From assembly GCA_964016885.1 (NCBI GenBank), contig OZ024742.1:193378001-193442000 (forward strand): a stretch of 64,000 bases of DNA, written 5' to 3'. The notes under the pieces are model-generated. The model did not search any database. It was not told the origin of the DNA and saw only the letters and a program-made list of their open reading frames with translations. Positions 1 through 10,364 of the stretch are shown here, in pieces. Source of the stretch: Eledone cirrhosa. Lineage: Eukaryota. Position 1 is the stretch's first letter. Each line of letters begins with the position of its first letter. The translations under genes were made by a program, and so were the position numbers.

Positions 1-322
1 TAATTTTCTCTTTTCTTGCCCTCTTGTGTCAAAGGGACAGGCTGCATCTACAATCAGGCACGATCTTTTTACCATGCCAAAACCACCAGGCCAGGCCTAT
101 TTTGTTCTAAATTCTTGTCTCTCTGTATACTGAAATCCCAAAACACCTTCACTTAATTGATTCTATCTCCGACTCTGGCTTATGCTCATACCGCTTCTTA
201 GAATGTGGTACATTATTTAGTTTGCTTATATGCCAGTGAATCACCTTTCTTATTATATCATGCCTCTAGCTTTTATAATGAGTCTGAGCTAGGTGTTTAC
301 ACTCGGATACGATTTGAGCCAG

Positions 323-325
<3 letters not shown>

Positions 326-376
<51 letters not shown>
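326..376. repeat. (CT)n microsatellite (first of dozens of (TA)n, (CA)n, (CT)n and (TAA)n tracts in the window)
   Basis: Direct reading. Other long tracts include (TA)n 5247-5307, 19105-19196, 23308-23362 and (CA)n 15225-15385. Confidence 0.98.
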
Positions 377-381
<5 letters not shown>

Positions 382-429
382 ACTCTCACTCTCTGTCTCT
401 CTATCTCTTTATCTCTCTCTCCATAGATC

Positions 430-2125
430 CTACACTTTGAGATAGCCTCCTCCTTGTCAATATGGTGTTCACTCATTTAGTTCTGAGGGCCAGCCCATAT
501 GCAGCCATTACCATTCCTTCTGTAGTTTTTAAGGTCTCTTCTTTCTAACCAGCTCCATGTCTGTGGGTCTCTGGATTCCGTTTCCTTAAAGAAGGTGCTA
601 TGAAGGGATTTCTCACGATGGTTGCTCTTCTTCTTTGTTGTTATTTCCTCCTTGGACATCCCCTGGTCTATTGTACAAATCCTTCAGTACAAATTTGAGC
701 ATGGGTCGCTTCATTTAGACACATCTTTGCAGACTGCTTTTCTGCATCTGAACACAGTCCTCTATACTGATAAGACCTGTTCCACCTTCAGATCTCTTTA
801 AGTAGAGTCTACCAACATCACTCCTCTTGTGGAACATGCTGTAGGTAATCATTAGCATCCTAGTCTTTCCATTTCTTTTTGTTCACTAACATTCCATTTC
901 AGAATTCCCGCACTGTTCGTAATAATAGACTCAGCTCGTGAATTTACTGCACTTATGACATTCTTACTATTTAGATGTGAATTTAGTATGTTCCTTACTC
1001 TCCTTGTTTATTCAGATTTCATCAATCCCTTCATTTTATTGTTCTTGATGTCATCTGTCTTCAGAACACCCAAATATTTGTATCCTTCTTGACTAAGACT
1101 CCACACTTATTAACACCAAATGCCATACATATATCATTGCTGAAAATACGGACAGTGTTAAAAAGTACATCCAACTCCTTCTAGCTTTTCCCAAAGAGAT
1201 TTAGATCGTACATGAAGAAGAGGTGGTTGATGGTAAGCTTTCCTCTTCCGAGTTTGTCTCATGATTTCACTTTTCGCAATGAGAGACAAGAATATGAGGG
1301 TAAGGACAAACAACAAAGGGGACAAACTATCTCCTTGGAAAATACCTCTGTTGAACTTCACGCCTTCCAAGGATTCTCCACCTGATGTTAGCTCTGTTTC
1401 CCAAGACTTCATACTTTCACATAATGGCAGTCTGATGTTGTCTGCTACCTTGAATATCTTTAGGCTTTTGGTTATCCAAAAATGAGGAACCATGTCAAAT
1501 GCCTTCTTATAACTATCCATCCCATGGCAAGACCAGCATGCCTTCTCTTGCAATAACTGATTAGCATCTTATCAATATGTAGCTGGTTTTTGTAACACGG
1601 GGCTTCTTTCAGCATCGTTTCTATTCGCCCGGCAATAAGTTACTTGTGCGGAGGTGATAGTAGATGTCCTCAAATACAATGCTTGTTAACAGTTTCCACA
1701 TCACAAACAGACATGCGATAGGCCTATAGTTGGTAACATCATTTACCCTTGATTCGGTCTTTCATTACTAGACCCGTTGTACCTTTTGTCAACCATTCTG
1801 GTACTTCACCCGGCACCAAACATTCATCGAATATGCTGTCAGGTTTTGGGTGGAGGGATGTTATATGTTTTATCCAATATCCTTGCACACCATCTGGGCA
1901 TAGTGAATGTCAGTTGGTTAGTTTATTGGCCTGCTTTTTAAGAGTTTCAGCTGTGATACTCAAATCAGGTTGTTGATGTACTTGTTTACTAACCATTTTA
2001 AGTGACTATTATGTTCAACATCCTGCTTCCACATTCCTCTCCAAAATGCGCTAGTCTGTTCAGCTTCAGAGATCACGTCGTTAAATCTTTCTTTCCCTTG
2101 AAGCTGTAGAAATAACATCTTATGG
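430..2125 (-). mobile_element. Degraded Dong/R4-clade (RLE-type) LINE fragment, RT region
   Basis: ORF 1553..1158 has YKKAFDMVPH and GIFQGDSLSPLLF RT motifs. ORF 659..477 (FFKETESRDPQTWSWLERRDLK) matches the element at 42850-43000. Nucleotide similarity to 41300-43050 is visible; many frameshifts. Confidence 0.88.
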
Positions 2126-2225
2126 TGTACAGGTATGTGTATGCATGTTTGTGTATATGTGTATATATAGACAAATATATATATATATCTATACATATGT
2201 ATATATATGTATACGTTTGTGTATG

Positions 2226-2305
<80 letters not shown>

Positions 2306-2311
2306 AGTGTG

Positions 2312-2760
2312 TAAGCTGAATGTATGTTTACATGCAGGGAAGTAAATATGTGATCTACCATGTCCCCACCTCCCACCTCCCCTCCCAAACTATTATCAAC
2401 AACATATATTACTGACAAATATTCCAAAACTATCCTTATTTTTCTATTTGCTGTCATTCCATTTTTATCAAAAGATTTGCATCTTGCAGCTCATTAACAC
2501 TCACACCACCAGTCGCACACCCAATTCATCTTTAATTTAGAAAATTGTTGAAGGTATTCTTTATAAATTTAAGATAGTTGATTCAAATATAAGGACATAA
2601 TTTGAAAACATTCTTGGCATTATATTCATCAAAGGTCATTTATTGAAATAAAACCAGCAGGAGGGCATTTTTACAACCCCTTTCTTAAACACTCTTTAAA
2701 CAGACCAGCAGCACTCCCAATCAATTAACTATTAACTTGCTTTTACCATTCACTATTTTC
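2312..2760. repeat. Unclassified interspersed repeat, part A (second copy 34850-35225)
   Basis: Shared blocks such as ctgacaaat..ccaaaactatcctt, tcatcaaaggtca and gaaataaaaccagcaggaggg occur in both places. Confidence 0.8.
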
Positions 2761-2765
2761 TGTAC

Positions 2766-2819
<54 letters not shown>

Positions 2820-3416
2820 GAACAATCGAGTATCGGAAAATCAGCTCACGAATTTACGATAAACAAATCCGACATGAGTGGCAGAGGGCTCAATAATTCA
2901 GATAAATCAGAGCTATAACTATCGTTTAAATACCAACACACAAAGATTATGTCTAAAATCACCCATGCAGCCGAAAAATAACGACCAGGAAGATTCGGGT
3001 CACTCAGATAAAATATCAATAAATCAATAATTTATATGAATGTAAAAACTTACCCGGACCCACTAGAAAGGTGGTAAATCTAGCTTCTTGGGTTTCTGCA
3101 ATTCCTTAATCCGCCCCCTATCAGCCCACATAAAAATATATAAGACTTCTAGGGAGCGGAGGGACCGGAACACTTTATCAACGGGTCATGTCCAACGAAT
3201 AAAGAAGTTAACTATAGCTAGAACGCACATGGCGTCCAGCAAGGGAGATAACCTCTATATTCGCGAAAAATAATCGGTACTGTGGCAACACATATCGAAT
3301 AAGAGTGCTCAATAGACATGTTAAAATAAACAGGAGCTATTCATCATTCAATAGAATCGACAAAAAATGAACAATAAAATTAACTGGTCAATAGCTATGT
3401 CTAGAATATATATATA

Positions 3417-4050
3417 TATATGAAAGACGTAAAATAAGAAAATTTTAAAAATTAAAAATCAACTTACTTACTAAAATTTTCACTCCAACTAATTAGTTTC
3501 TGTAAGGGGATAAATATAGTTACCTAATATAACTATAGAGAATTCCTAACCTCATCAGGGAGTCTATTCTCAGCTAAGTTCCCAGGCGATGCGCGGACAC
3601 TAGGAACCCATATAAAAATAATAATTCAGTGGATGGAATAAAGCTAGCGAGGACTAAATTCCAGAGCACTGAAAAAATTCACTGCCTCTGGTCAGTGGCA
3701 GATTCTAAAGAATCAGTCAATTTTTTCAGTGCTCTGGAATTTAGTCCTCGCTAGCTTTATTCCATCCACTGAATTATTATTTTTATATGGGTTCCTAGTG
3801 TCCGCGCATCGCCTGGGAACTTAGCTGAGAATAGACTCCCTGATGACGTAAGGAATTCTCTATAGTTATATTACGTAACTATATTTATCCCCTTACAGAA
3901 ACTAATTAGTTGGAGTGAACATTTTAGTAAGTTGATTTTTAATTTTTAAAATTTTCTTATTTTACGTCTTTCATATAATTGTTCTGCATCCCCCTGCATA
4001 GAACCACAAAGGTACTAAGACATAACATATATATTTGCTAGCATGGGTGT
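3417..4050. mobile_element. Fold-back non-autonomous PLE-type element, family 1 (arms 3417-3684 / 3714-3977 plus one-sided tail)
   Basis: About 265-bp near-perfect inverted repeat with a 29-nt spacer. Left end abuts (TA)n; right arm continues about 70 nt. Each arm carries an HHR. Homologous to 19196-20060. Confidence 0.85.
3835..3916 (+). ncRNA. Type I hammerhead ribozyme, family 1 (mirror copy 3482-3563 on - strand)
   Basis: actcc-CTGATGA-c gtaagg..(tatagtta/taactata hairpin)..ccttac a-GAAA-ctaattag-TT-ggagt. Stem I actcc/ggagt; palindromic stem III AACTAATTAGTT. Confidence 0.8.
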
Positions 4051-4115
4051 ACATCTGTACACATATGTTGGTAGATGTACTAATTCTCTCTCTCTCTATA
4101 TATATATATATATTT

Positions 4116-4794
4116 AGGCCAAGACTATTCATCATCAGTGATCATGTGGCCAACATAGGTATTTCTTCGCATTAAATATCAGATACCTCAGGCCAGCGCG
4201 AGCAATAACTATATAACGGTATAAAAAGCATTGGGTCGAGAAAGAGAGACATGTAGACAAACAAGAATGAAAAATGTGAAATCAAGTCAGTGATACAAGT
4301 GAACATAAGATCTAGCGAATCATTGACGAGAAGACGAAAGACGCATCTAAGCCATGCGAAATATGAGCGAGACAATAATTTTACACGAGTCAGATAGGGG
4401 GTAGTGAGAGAAGGTGAGTAGCAGAGAGTGAGTGAGTGAAAGTGTGAGGAAGAGGCTAGCCGAGAAAGGGTGGCTAGCAGAGGGGGTGAATGAAAGTAAG
4501 AGGTAGAAGGAGAGAGAAGGGGGAGACAGAAAGAGGATAGCAGTAAGGGAAGAGAAAGACAGGTCACAGCGAAGGGAAAAAATATAGGGATGAAAAATGG
4601 CATACTCCGTTGTTGCGGATGTCATACATATCCCAATAATTGTATTTAGTTATTGCTCGCTCTGGCCTGAGGTATCTGATCTTTAATGCGAAGAAATACC
4701 TATGATGGCCAGAAGATCACTGATGATGGATAGTCCTGGCTTCTTAATCTGGTTTAATTAATATGTATCACATCTGCAACAACGGAGCACGCCA

Positions 4795-4800
<6 letters not shown>
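4116..4800. mobile_element. Fold-back element with nested inverted repeats (4116-4215 / 4645-4742 and 4592-4632 / 4761-4800)
   Basis: Two interleaved inverted-repeat pairs bounded by (TA)n and (CT)n. Contains CTGATGA at about 4720 but no canonical type I HHR fold. Confidence 0.65.
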
Positions 4801-4826
<26 letters not shown>

Positions 4827-4889
4827 GTATATATATATATATATGGAGAGAGGGAGAGAGAGGGATAGAGAGAGAGAGATAGATAGGTA

Positions 4890-5225
4890 TATGCTTTAAT
4901 TCCTTTAAATATTCATCATCACTCCTTCATTCCCGCACCCGTTAACACGCCCCCTCCCACATACACACATCTAAATCTCTCTCATATATAGAGTCACCCA
5001 TCACAACACAACCTGATCTCAGTTTAATCATCGCCACCGACCAATGCGAGAGAGTTCTCCTGGAAATTTAACCAGAAATCTTTAAAAAAATTCCCCATGG
5101 AAGTTAACAAAGAACTTACTAGATGTACAAAACCCAAATTGTAATATAAAATTAAATCAAATTTTATAAAAATACAAGCGAAGTCATTCTTTTCCTTTTT
5201 TTTTTAAATATACTTAACTGTACCA
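4890..5225. repeat. Unclassified interspersed repeat, part B (second copy 35303-35630)
   Basis: Shared blocks tatatagagtcac, atcgccaccgac.aatgc, gaagttaacaaa.aacttactaga and gaagtcattcttttccttttt. Confidence 0.8.
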
Positions 5226-5243
5226 AGGATTTCACACATTTTC

Positions 5244-5311
<68 letters not shown>

Positions 5312-5329
5312 AAATGTGTGGTGTGAAAT

Positions 5330-5365
<36 letters not shown>

Positions 5366-6142
5366 TTTTGTGCATGAAATTTGGGCAGCGTTCAGAGAGT
5401 TTGTTCAGTGTCGGGCTCTCGGCAAATAGTATTCCCTAGCTCTCTGAGATACAATGGTCGCAACACTTGTGTCCTCCCATGTATGAGCGCGCTCTCTGGA
5501 GTACTTTCCATTTGAGCGTGAAAGGGGTGGAGTCCATCTTGAGGTCCCAGAAATAGGAGGCGAGTGTTGTCCTATCCTGTGTCGTGCGCTGTTAGTGAGA
5601 ATTTCGAATGAAAGAATTAACACGCGACAAGTGACTAGCAGGAGGGTAGCATAGAAGACTATGGTCTATGGCAACGTGCTACTAGAATTTAGTCCGATTC
5701 TGCCACATGATTACTCTCACCATAAGGGAGTATATTACATATTAACTGAAGAAGTATACATATCTCTACACGAGTAGAGATACAAGTGACTAAGTAAAGA
5801 TTTTTCTCTTAACTTGTTGGCTTTTTCCATATATATATATTTGGGGATGTTGCCAATATTTCCAAAGAAAGAAACATGTGCACCACCTTATTTACATTTT
5901 ATCTTTATCTTTATTGCTCGTTATTATTTCGTTTGCCAAAGTTGTTTCCTCTCTTAAACTTCTATTCCATTCTATCTTTGTTTTGTGAAAGAATTATTAA
6001 AATTATATGGTGCGTGTTACTTCTATTAGAAATATTAGCAGCATAAACATCCCCAAATATAACAATATCGGTTTCAACACAGGATTTCACATCAAAAATC
6101 TTGCAGAACAAATACATTAACGTCTATATATATATATATATT

Positions 6143-6335
6143 ATACAGAAATAACTTCTATAGGACTAAAACTGTTTTATTCAAAATAAATCACCTGGTA
6201 TTCCTGATCAATCTTTTTGAATGAAACAGATCTAGGCCGTAGAAGGCATTTCTATATTAAACGTGATGTTTACTCTCTGAAAATATATTGAGTACCTTAA
6301 TAACTCTGGTTACCCCCAATTCAACCCGTGATATA
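6143..6335 (+). mobile_element. Degenerate fold-back HHR element, family 2 (older copy of 24767-24959)
   Basis: Imperfect palindrome around 6200. Decayed HHR tattc-CTGATCA-atctttttgaat-GAAA-cagatctaggccg-TA-gaag. Tail ggttacccccaattcaacccg matches the reverse complement of 24767-24800. Confidence 0.7.
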
Positions 6336-6396
6336 CACACGCGAACACACACACAGACACACACACACATATATATATATATATAGAGAGAGAGAG

Positions 6397-7343
6397 AAGT
6401 AGAACACTGGAATGTAATATCCGTAGTGGTAGAGCACTCAGTTCATGGGACGAGTTTGGTAGAAGTTGTAACACAGCAGTTAGTTCACCATACCGAGAAC
6501 AATTGTTTCACCTTATGCGGATATTCAGCTCGGACTGGTCATGGTTATACGGAACAGGAAGAACAACTATATGAACGCGCACGCGCAGACATGGTCACTT
6601 CCCCCAAGCGATACCCAAACACGGGCGAAAGGTGTAACTGCGAAAGTCCGAAATAAAAAGTTCGAGTTGATTAGAAAATTAGAATGCTGTTGTTATACAA
6701 TCCGGAGCTTTGTAGTTATAAAAGAGTTGTTTGCAACGTGAGAAGATTTGATTTCTTGAATTTAGGCAATCGCTATTGCGTATCTCCTTAGAATTGTTAT
6801 CGTTTCTTCAATACACAGTTCACAAGACGGATTGTCCCTGCGTATGGCTTGGACTTAGTGTTGTCTTTCCATCAAATGGAGTAGTCTATACCTGAGTCTT
6901 TGAGGGACCATACGTAGCTCACGAGCTTCGTGGATGATCGTTTGTACGGGTATCTAAAGGTCGCCTGATGGTTGAGGAAGCGTTCCTTAAATAAGCCCTC
7001 CACCATACCCACATAGGATTTGACCTCCTGTGGTTAATTTGGTCGGCTGGAAGTGACCACAGCTGGAAACACCTCTTGCATAAATACAAAGCTCCGGATT
7101 GAATAACAACAACATTCTAATTTTCTAATCAACTCGAACATTTTATTCCGGACTTTCGCAGTTATCTTCCTTACACCTTTCGCCCGTGGTTTTGTATCGC
7201 TCGGGGAGAAGTGACAGTTTCTGCGCATGAGCGTTCGTACGGCTGTTCTTCCTGTTCCGAATAACCATGACCAGTCTAAGCTGAAGATCCGCATAAGGTA
7301 AAACAATTGTTCTCGGTGTGGTGAACTAACTGCTGTGTTACTA

Positions 7344-7346
<3 letters not shown>
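6397..7346 (-). mobile_element. Penelope-like element 3' end (GIY-YIG remnant + pLTR) with an inverted pLTR copy
   Basis: Minus strand about 7033-6735 reads KSYVGMVEGLFKERFLNHQATFRYPYKRSSTKLVSYVWSLKD..(frameshifts)..CELCIEE..CLNSRNQIFSRCK, a PLE GIY-YIG C-terminus. Arms 6463-6735 / 7063-7346 are inverted repeats. Confidence 0.85.
6493..6533 (-). ncRNA. Minimal type I hammerhead ribozyme, family 3 (mirror copy 7276-7316 on + strand)
   Basis: Consensus ccgag-CTGAAGA-tccgcataaggt-GAAA-caattg-TT-ctcgg. Stem I ccgag/ctcgg; palindromic AACAATTGTT. Each copy carries one different core mutation (CTGAATA here, GAAA>AAAA in the mirror). Confidence 0.78.
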
Positions 7347-7396
<50 letters not shown>

Positions 7397-7874
7397 GTGT
7401 GTGTGTGTATATATATGTATGTGCCTGTGTTTTATATGTGTGAATGTATGTGTATGTGTGGATGTGTATGTGCGGGTTAAATATAATTGCACTTCTCAGG
7501 GTACTATTAATTTTATTAATATGGGATGCGTTGAAGCCCTTGGAATTAGAGATTTGAAACTTACATCGCCGGTGGCAGTTTGTATATTGGCTCTGTCATC
7601 ATTTCTACAAAAGAAGAGCAATGACACCTCCAAATCAGTATCGAGCTCAAATTTAAATAATTGCTTTTACATTTTCCATCTGAAATGCATTGTTGCAAGT
7701 ATCAAGCTAATGTAGCTAATAGTATTAGATGTTAAAAATTAGTTTGAATATCTATATACACAAACGCCTGACAGCAGAACCAAATCCATATACATACTTG
7801 AATACATACATATAGACGTACACATTATGCCTCCACAAACGGACGTAGACCCTCTCCCATGTATGTATATATTA

Positions 7875-7937
<63 letters not shown>

Positions 7938-8549
7938 AGGGAGAGGAAGAGAGAAAGAAAGAGATGGGGAGGGGGAGATTCACAACATTTTCGTGCCAAA
8001 CATCCGTCAGCTACAAAGTTAATTTAACGATCGCTTTCCCGCTGTTACGATAACGATATAGCTGTTTCATCAATGTGTATTCTTATTAAGGTGCTTTGAT
8101 ATGTCAGCGGTTAACTTCACTACAACTTATACTAGATTAAGCATAAGCATTTATCGTTAGAACTAAAAACTTGAAGATTCCTTCGGTATTTCTCAGAAAG
8201 GAGATACCACTATAAACCTGTGATATCTTGTAAAACGTGATACATTTACCCACTTTGTGTTGTTCAAATAAATTCTGAGAGTTATCTGTTTGAAATTAAA
8301 TATTGTTGTTGAAGTAGCTATATGAAGAGGAAAGTAGTATGTCAAATCTGTATATATATTATATACCTTTTGTAAGTTTACTATGTTTACTGATAAGTAT
8401 AATGGGCCTCCGTCGATCTTGAATATGAGTGTTTCAAATGTTTGATCAACGGAACGTGAAATTGACGTGTAAGTGGCTGAGCCGTTCACATAAACATTTA
8501 CCCATTGGAAGGTAAAACGTATATGACAAAACTTGCATTTTGAATTACA

Positions 8550-8750
8550 GGCACAGTCCATCTGATGGGCTTCCAAACAGTTCCCATCTACACAATATCA
8601 CTCATGACATGTTTAGAGCTATGTCAATGGTAACTGACACTTGCGCAAGATGTCACAGTGTGGGATCAAACCTTGGACACAATGAATACAAAGTAAACGT
8701 CACAAGCTTCCAGCTATGTAGTATCTACGCTGATAAAACGAAACAGCCAC
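8550..8750 (-). mobile_element. Degenerate tRNA-derived SINE (octopus-type); similar relics near 50190-50470, 51920-52070, 52940-53070, 56055-56180, 60040-60320
   Basis: Motifs gggcttccaaacagttcccatctac and gacacttgcgcaagatgtcacagtgtgggatcaaacc (B-box-like on minus strand), recurring in the window. Family identity is from memory of octopus repeats. Confidence 0.55.
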
Positions 8751-9271
8751 TATGAGCAATAAGCAGGCATTTCTCTATTGATGAGTGCTTGATGCACTCA
8801 TCCATCTTTCAAAATGTTTTTTTCAGTATCCATTTCAAATGAAATTTGAAAAGTGTATGATGCTTGAAGTTCTTTTAATCTTGTCTACCATTCAACATCT
8901 TTCACCATATCCACCAGAGATATAAAAAAAAACAAAGCGACGGTTGTCTTCACAATAGCTTCAGCAGTTCGACATATCTCCACAAGTCAGCATAACCCGC
9001 GGACTAGATGAGTGCGTGAATGTATGTTACATCACTCTGCGCACATTTACGAAAGGCATATGTAAACGACACAACATGGTGACGAGAATGAGGACGATGA
9101 TAACGATGATGATGCTAATGTCTACGCAACTGATGATAACGATGGTGACGATTAAGAGGACAATGATTATAACAAGCATGATGAGGGAAAAAAAAGGCAA
9201 GTGCCGTCAACTTTAACTAAACGTGTTTTAAATTACTATTAAACACATACGTGCATTTACCTACGGCATTT

Positions 9272-9815
9272 AATAATTGTTTCTACTTTTGGCACAAGGC
9301 CAGCACTTATCCCAGTGCATTACTGGTACTTTATTTTATCGTCCCCGTAAGGATGAAAGACAAAGTTAACCTCGGCGGGATTTGAACTCCGGAATTTAAT
9401 AATTGTTTCTACTTTTTGCACAAGGCCAGCAATATCCCAGTGCATTACTGGTACTTTGTTTTATCGACCCCGTAAGGATGAAAGGCAAAGTTAACCTCGG
9501 CGTGATTTGAAATCAGAATGGCAAGGGCTGTAACTCTATGTATCAAAGCATGGCGTCCGATCCTCCACCGATACTGCCAATCCACGAATTTAATAATGGT
9601 TTCTTATATAGGCACAAGGCCAGTAATTTGGGGGGAGGGGAAAGTCGATTAAATCGACCCCAGTGCGGGACTGGTACTTTATTTTATCGACCCCATAAGG
9701 ATGAAAGGCAAAGTTAACCTCGGCAGGATTTGAACTCAGATCATAAAGAGTCGTAACGCTATGCTGCAAAGCATGGCGTCCGACCCTCTACCGATACTGT
9801 CAATCCACGAATTTA
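9272..9815 (-). mobile_element. Three head-to-tail tRNA-derived SINE copies (Nin/Deu-like core, (AAT)n tail)
   Basis: Each copy has, on the minus strand, a gagttcaaatcc-type B-box, the core gcctttcatccttacggggtcgataaaataaagtaccag and the tail gccttgtgcc..agaaac.attatt. Confidence 0.85.
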
Positions 9816-10204
9816 ATAATTAATACTATTGCGTCATCAAGTATTAAATTTGTAGAAATCTTTGTTGCTTCAAGAAATTTCTACAAATTTCATACTTGAC
9901 GAACCAATATATTAATGAGATTTCGTTACGTTCTTTACCAATCTAAATAACGCCGACATGTGTTCGAACCTGCATCATGAAATCAGTAGTGGGTAATTGC
10001 TGGCGTTAAAATGTTTGCAAATTGAAGAAGCCTTCTTTTAGGTTTATGCATGACAGATATGAGAGAAAAGTTTAGAAATAAGTTATGATATTATGTGCAA
10101 ATATATACGTTAGAGGATCAAAATTAAACAAACTCAAACACAAAACAAACTCCATATGAGGACACACACATATTTTTATTTACCAGGTTACATTTTCTAA
10201 TTTA

Positions 10205-10342
10205 GTCCAGAAATAGCCGTAGAACGGCTTGAGCTCTGCCGTCGGGGTCATACTTGTTCCTATTACTCACTCTACTACCCTAAGTATTGAGTACTTTGGT
10301 GCATTATGGTCCATCTCGTTCCTTACCACAATTCCTTCGTTA
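10205..10342 (+). mobile_element. Single-arm copy of HHR element family 4 (see 23115-23309)
   Basis: Reverse complement of 23115-23250. Ends in (TA)n and contains the box ccctaagtattgagtact. Confidence 0.75.
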
Positions 10343-10364
10343 TATATATATATATATATATATA

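Noticed and set aside
3417-3977. Fold-back elements as MITEs / DNA transposon TIRs
   Set aside because: Arms are asymmetric (one-sided tail), inner truncation points vary, HHR motifs are present, and several are contiguous with PLE endonuclease ORFs.
5746-5800. CTGAAGA followed by hairpin tatctctac-acga-gtagagata as an HHR
   Set aside because: No GAAA box or stem III/stem I closure is identifiable.
5838-6062. Diverged inverted ends (atatttggggatgtt / aacatccccaaatat)
   Set aside because: Probably an old member of the fold-back class, but too degraded to classify; no HHR recoverable.
8193-8576. 127-aa minus-strand ORF as a host gene
   Set aside because: Starts inside a SINE relic, has no recognisable domain and no convincing splice structure.
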